From: an uncultured Planctomycetaceae bacterium | GTDB taxonomy: Bacteria; Planctomycetota; Planctomycetia; Planctomycetales; Planctomycetaceae | Length of the DNA: 61,682 nucleotides | Assembly (NCBI GenBank): GCA_964504645.1 | Contig: CAZDGB010000001.1 | Span: 10,247 to 71,928 of the forward strand | Direction: 5' to 3' | In this document: in pieces, positions 58,675-61,682 of the stretch | Position numbering within the stretch: position 1 is the first letter of the stretch | Layout of the letters: every line of letters begins with the position of its first letter | The notes under the pieces: model-generated | What the model was told of the DNA's origin: nothing | Databases searched by the model: none | What the model saw: only the letters and a program-made list of their open reading frames with translations | Made by a program: the position numbers and the translations under genes

Positions 58675-60819
58675 TTATTTGCGGAATTGTCCGTTCGGTG
58701 GCGTTTCCGCCTTCAAGAGCCATCGGTCGAACCACGCCAGATTCCGCTCCATGCAATCCAGGAGCAGCCGCGGCTCCTCGATGCCGTGCGGCGTGCGCGG
58801 ATAAACGACCATCCGCGTTTCGCAGCCCTGGCGTTTCAGCGCGTTGTAGAGTTCCTGACCCTGCGACAGCGGCACGCGCTCGTCGCGCTCGCCGTGCTGG
58901 ATCAACGTTGGCGTGCGGATTCCTTGAATGTGGGCCATCGGCGAGCGCTGGTCGTACACGCTCACTCCGTTCCAATATTCGCCGTGAAAGTAATCCGGCA
59001 GGAATCCCGGAATGTCGGCGGTGCCGGTAAAGCTCCGCAAATTGGTGACGCCCGCGCCGACCGATGCCGCCTGGAAACGCGGCGTCTGCGTAATGATCCA
59101 ACTCGTCATGTAACCGCCGTAGCTCCAGCCCATCACGCCGAGACGATCGGCATCCGCGACGCCGAGTTCGATCACATGATCGACGCCGGTCATCACGTCC
59201 TGAAAATCGCCGCCGCCCCAATCGTCGTAGTTGGCATAGCGGAATTTGGCCCCGTAGCCGCTGCTGCCGCGGGGATTTGGCCGCAACACGGCATAGCCGC
59301 GATCCGCGAACGCCGCGACCGGATACGTCGCGGGCGAACCATCGAGCGTCTGCGTGAAGACGCCCATCGGTCCGCCATGAATCACCAGCAGTAACGGATA
59401 CCGTTTTCCCTCGTCGTAGCCCTTGGGATACGTCAGAAACCCTTCGATCTCCAGGCCGTCCGACGATTTCCAGCGAATAATGTCAGTGCGAGGAGGCAGC
59501 GGCCAGACGTTCGTTTCCGAGCGCACGGACCTCACGGCGTCCTGAATGCTGCTGACATAGCAAGCCGTCCAGGGTTCAATCTCGGCGACGATGGCTTCGC
59601 CCGGTTGCGACAAGGTCTCCCAACCGAAGCCGACGTGCGTGCGACGGGAATTGAGGAACATGCCGCCGAGCGACATTCCCTGCAGCACGGCCGGAGGATC
59701 GGACCGGCCGCTCAGTTCAATCGGTTCGCCGTCGAGGGGCATCGCCATCAGCCGCAGTCGCGTACCGCAGGCTTCCGTGTAGAGCAGACGCTCGCCGTCT
59801 GCGGACCAGCCAAGCAATTCGGAATAGCGTCCGAAGCCATCGTACGTTTCCGCGAACGCACGCGATTCGCCGCCGCGCACGGGAACCACGCGCAGAAATT
59901 TGCGGCCGGCCCACGTCGGCGGATCGTCGCTCGCCAGATAGGCAAGCTGTTTTCCATTCGGCGAAAAATACGGCGCGGTCTCGGCGGCGTTTGCTTTCAC
60001 CAGCGAACGAATCGTGCCGCTCGACAGCGTCACGAGCGAAATATCGGCCGATGGCCAGTCGTTCGGCCGCGGGCTGAAAGCATGCGAAAACGCAATCGTG
60101 GCACTATCCGGCGACCAATCGAACGGCGGCGACGCGGGACGAAACAGATCGCCGCCGACGTTCAGTTCGCCCGGCGTGAGCAGCCGCGCGTCTTTATGAA
60201 CTGCCGCCGCATCCACATGGATCACGTACAACCGCTGGCGTTTGATGTTCTCGTCGACGACTTTCGCGTCGTTCTTTGCGTCCCGCGCGGCGTGTTCCTC
60301 GGGGGTGATGGCATCGAGCGCGGTGAAGGCGATCGTACGTACGTCCGGCGACCATTTGAAACCGCTGATCTCCGTGCGAACGTCGGTCAGCGGCTGCGCT
60401 TCGCCGCCGTCAGGACGAATCCGCCAGAGATTCTTCACGCCGGACCGGGCCGAGAGGAATGCGATCCACTCGCCGTCGGGAGACCATTGCGGATCGTCGC
60501 AGGAGAATTCGCCCTGCGTCAGTTGGCGCGATTCCGTCTGGCCGACCGTGCCGAGATGGATGTGGGTCCGGTATTCGCTTTTGTCGTCGGCGAGTTCCGC
60601 CGTCTTGACGGTGAACGCAGCCCGCGTGCCGTCCGGCGAGACCTGCACGCTGCCGATCCGCTTGATCCGGAGCATTAACTCCGGCGTCCATCGGTCGTTG
60701 GGGTTTTCGTCCGCCATGCCGCACACTCCGCTCACTACGAGAATCAACAGGCCGCCCAGCCCGCCAGTTCGCAGCCGAACCATGAGAATGCTCCGTCGAG
60801 ACGCTGAATCGCAGGACAC
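58675..60819 (-). CDS. S9-family serine peptidase (prolyl oligopeptidase/acylaminoacyl peptidase type) with N-terminal beta-propeller
   Basis: Propeller repeats (SPDG.. motifs). Catalytic GVMGWSYGGYMTSW (GxSxGG), then ERDERVP and PRTPHGI. Alternative start ATG 60783 (MVRLRTGGLGGLLILVVSG, a signal peptide). Confidence 0.85.
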   Translation of the reverse strand: MSCDSASRRSILMVRLRTGGLGGLLILVVSGVCGMADENPNDRWTPELMLRIKRIGSVQVSPDGTRAAFTVKTAELADDKSEYRTHIHLGTVGQTESRQLTQGEFSCDDPQWSPDGEWIAFLSARSGVKNLWRIRPDGGEAQPLTDVRTEISGFKWSPDVRTIAFTALDAITPEEHAARDAKNDAKVVDENIKRQRLYVIHVDAAAVHKDARLLTPGELNVGGDLFRPASPPFDWSPDSATIAFSHAFSPRPNDWPSADISLVTLSSGTIRSLVKANAAETAPYFSPNGKQLAYLASDDPPTWAGRKFLRVVPVRGGESRAFAETYDGFGRYSELLGWSADGERLLYTEACGTRLRLMAMPLDGEPIELSGRSDPPAVLQGMSLGGMFLNSRRTHVGFGWETLSQPGEAIVAEIEPWTACYVSSIQDAVRSVRSETNVWPLPPRTDIIRWKSSDGLEIEGFLTYPKGYDEGKRYPLLLVIHGGPMGVFTQTLDGSPATYPVAAFADRGYAVLRPNPRGSSGYGAKFRYANYDDWGGGDFQDVMTGVDHVIELGVADADRLGVMGWSYGGYMTSWIITQTPRFQAASVGAGVTNLRSFTGTADIPGFLPDYFHGEYWNGVSVYDQRSPMAHIQGIRTPTLIQHGERDERVPLSQGQELYNALKRQGCETRMVVYPRTPHGIEEPRLLLDCMERNLAWFDRWLLKAETPPNGQFRK

Positions 60820-60894
60820 CGGATCATATCCTCGCCGCGCGCGGTTCTGCTATCTTGTGAGGGAACCGTTCGTTTCTGCCCCCTGGACATCGCC

Positions 60895-61682
60895 ATGATT
60901 CGCCAATTCAGCCTCCTCGTCGCTCTGCTCGTTTGTCTGCTGACAGGTCATGTGCTGCGATCCGAAGAACCCGCCGCGCGGCGGGAGCGGGCCGTGCAGT
61001 TTCATCTTCGCGCCCAGGAGCGGACCGGGTTGCTCGTTCCGCTCTACGTCTACCCGGCAGACATCCATACCAACAAAGTCTACAACCGGCTGATCGATCT
61101 CAAGCGCCGCTACGAGACAGTGCCGATGTGGGTCATCGTCAACCCGGCGTCGGGGCCGGGGAAGGACGTCGACGCCAACTACACGAAGGCCATCGACCGG
61201 TTGCAGGGCGCGGGCTGCGTGACGCTGGGCTACGTCTCGACGAGCTACAGCAAGCGGCCCAAGAAAGAGATCGAAGCCGACGTCGACACGTGGCTCAAAC
61301 TGTATCCGCGGACGCAGGGTTTGTTCTTCGATGAGATGATCTATGAGGACACCGACGCCGGCGTGGAATTCATGCAGAGCCTGAACCGCTACGCCCGCGA
61401 CGCCGGCTGCTGGCCGGTCGTGGCCAACCCGGGGACCGACACGCCGGGCCGCTATTTCGCCGGCGATTGCGCCGACGTGATCGTCGTCCACGAGGGCGAC
61501 CAGTGGCCCGCGGAGGCGAGAATGAAGGGCGACTTCTTCGGCGGCTACTCCGACCACCCGCCGTTCACGCGCGCCGTACTGATCCATTCACTGGCCAAGT
61601 TCGATCCGAAACCGCTCGGCATGGTCCGCAAATACGCTCGCTGGATCTACGTCACCGACGACCCATACCGTCCGAACGATTC
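60895..61682 (+). CDS. spherulation-specific family 4 (spherulin-4-like) protein, 3'-truncated by window end
   Basis: Not in the ORF track because no stop is reached. Hand translation from ATG 60895 is open to the end: MIRQFSLLVALLVCLLTG... LLVPLYVYPADIHTNKVYNRLIDLKRRYETVPMWVIVNPASGPGKDVDANYTKAIDRLQGAGCVTLGYVSTSY...GLFFDEM, the family signature. Confidence 0.7.
   Translation, partial: MIRQFSLLVALLVCLLTGHVLRSEEPAARRERAVQFHLRAQERTGLLVPLYVYPADIHTNKVYNRLIDLKRRYETVPMWVIVNPASGPGKDVDANYTKAIDRLQGAGCVTLGYVSTSYSKRPKKEIEADVDTWLKLYPRTQGLFFDEMIYEDTDAGVEFMQSLNRYARDAGCWPVVANPGTDTPGRYFAGDCADVIVVHEGDQWPAEARMKGDFFGGYSDHPPFTRAVLIHSLAKFDPKPLGMVRKYARWIYVTDDPYRPND

Noticed and set aside
60933-61334. Track ORF 60933..61334 (+), 133 aa.
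   Set aside because: It is an Arg-rich alternative frame. The frame starting at ATG 60895 is open to the window end and carries the spherulin-4 family signature.
1-61682. Scan of all intergenic regions for tRNA, rRNA, tmRNA, SRP RNA and CRISPR arrays.
   Set aside because: I saw no cloverleaf-compatible sequences, no rRNA-like conserved blocks and no repeat-spacer arrays. This was by-eye inspection only, so small ncRNAs cannot be excluded.

Overview
This is a high-GC bacterial chromosomal segment. Hand-counted samples give upper-60s % G+C in ordinary genes. Gene content and repeat families look Planctomycetota (Pirellulales-like); that is an inference only. Supporting content includes a sulfatase, BatA/vWA membrane proteins, HEAT/TPR proteins, a fused dehydroquinase-shikimate dehydrogenase, Hpt/REC/PilZ signalling, M16 and S9 peptidases, and Skp plus a phosphate-type porin. 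I call 46 protein-coding loci, including one frameshifted NUDIX pseudogene and one gene cut by the right edge. I saw no rRNA, tRNA or CRISPR array. Five things stand out. (1) A 3.09-kb lower-GC cassette (44023-47109) is bounded by perfect 26-bp inverted repeats. It carries an IS1595-family transposase plus five small cargo ORFs (a Zn-ribbon/2-TM pair and an RHH/multi-TM pair) preceded by a shared 17-nt GTAGCCAC motif. I read it as a candidate transporter-IS moving an uncharacterised membrane-effector/regulator module. (2) A lone ~2200-aa PfaA-like iterative PKS has the unusual domain order KS-AT-ACP-KR-ACP-ACP-DH. Its interdomain linkers are built from the same low-complexity palindromic repeat families that fill the intergenic regions. 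(3) A ~205-bp repeat with an internal array of six ~11-bp phased direct repeats occurs in inverted orientation at 24.5 kb and 43.9 kb, bracketing the 19-kb mutL-to-AAA block. (4) A translationally coupled PilM-PilN / PilO-Ig-PilP fusion gene pair. (5) A stand-alone SRP54 M-domain fragment gene. All family calls come from motif recognition by eye. No searches or alignment programs were run, and start codons are often uncertain.
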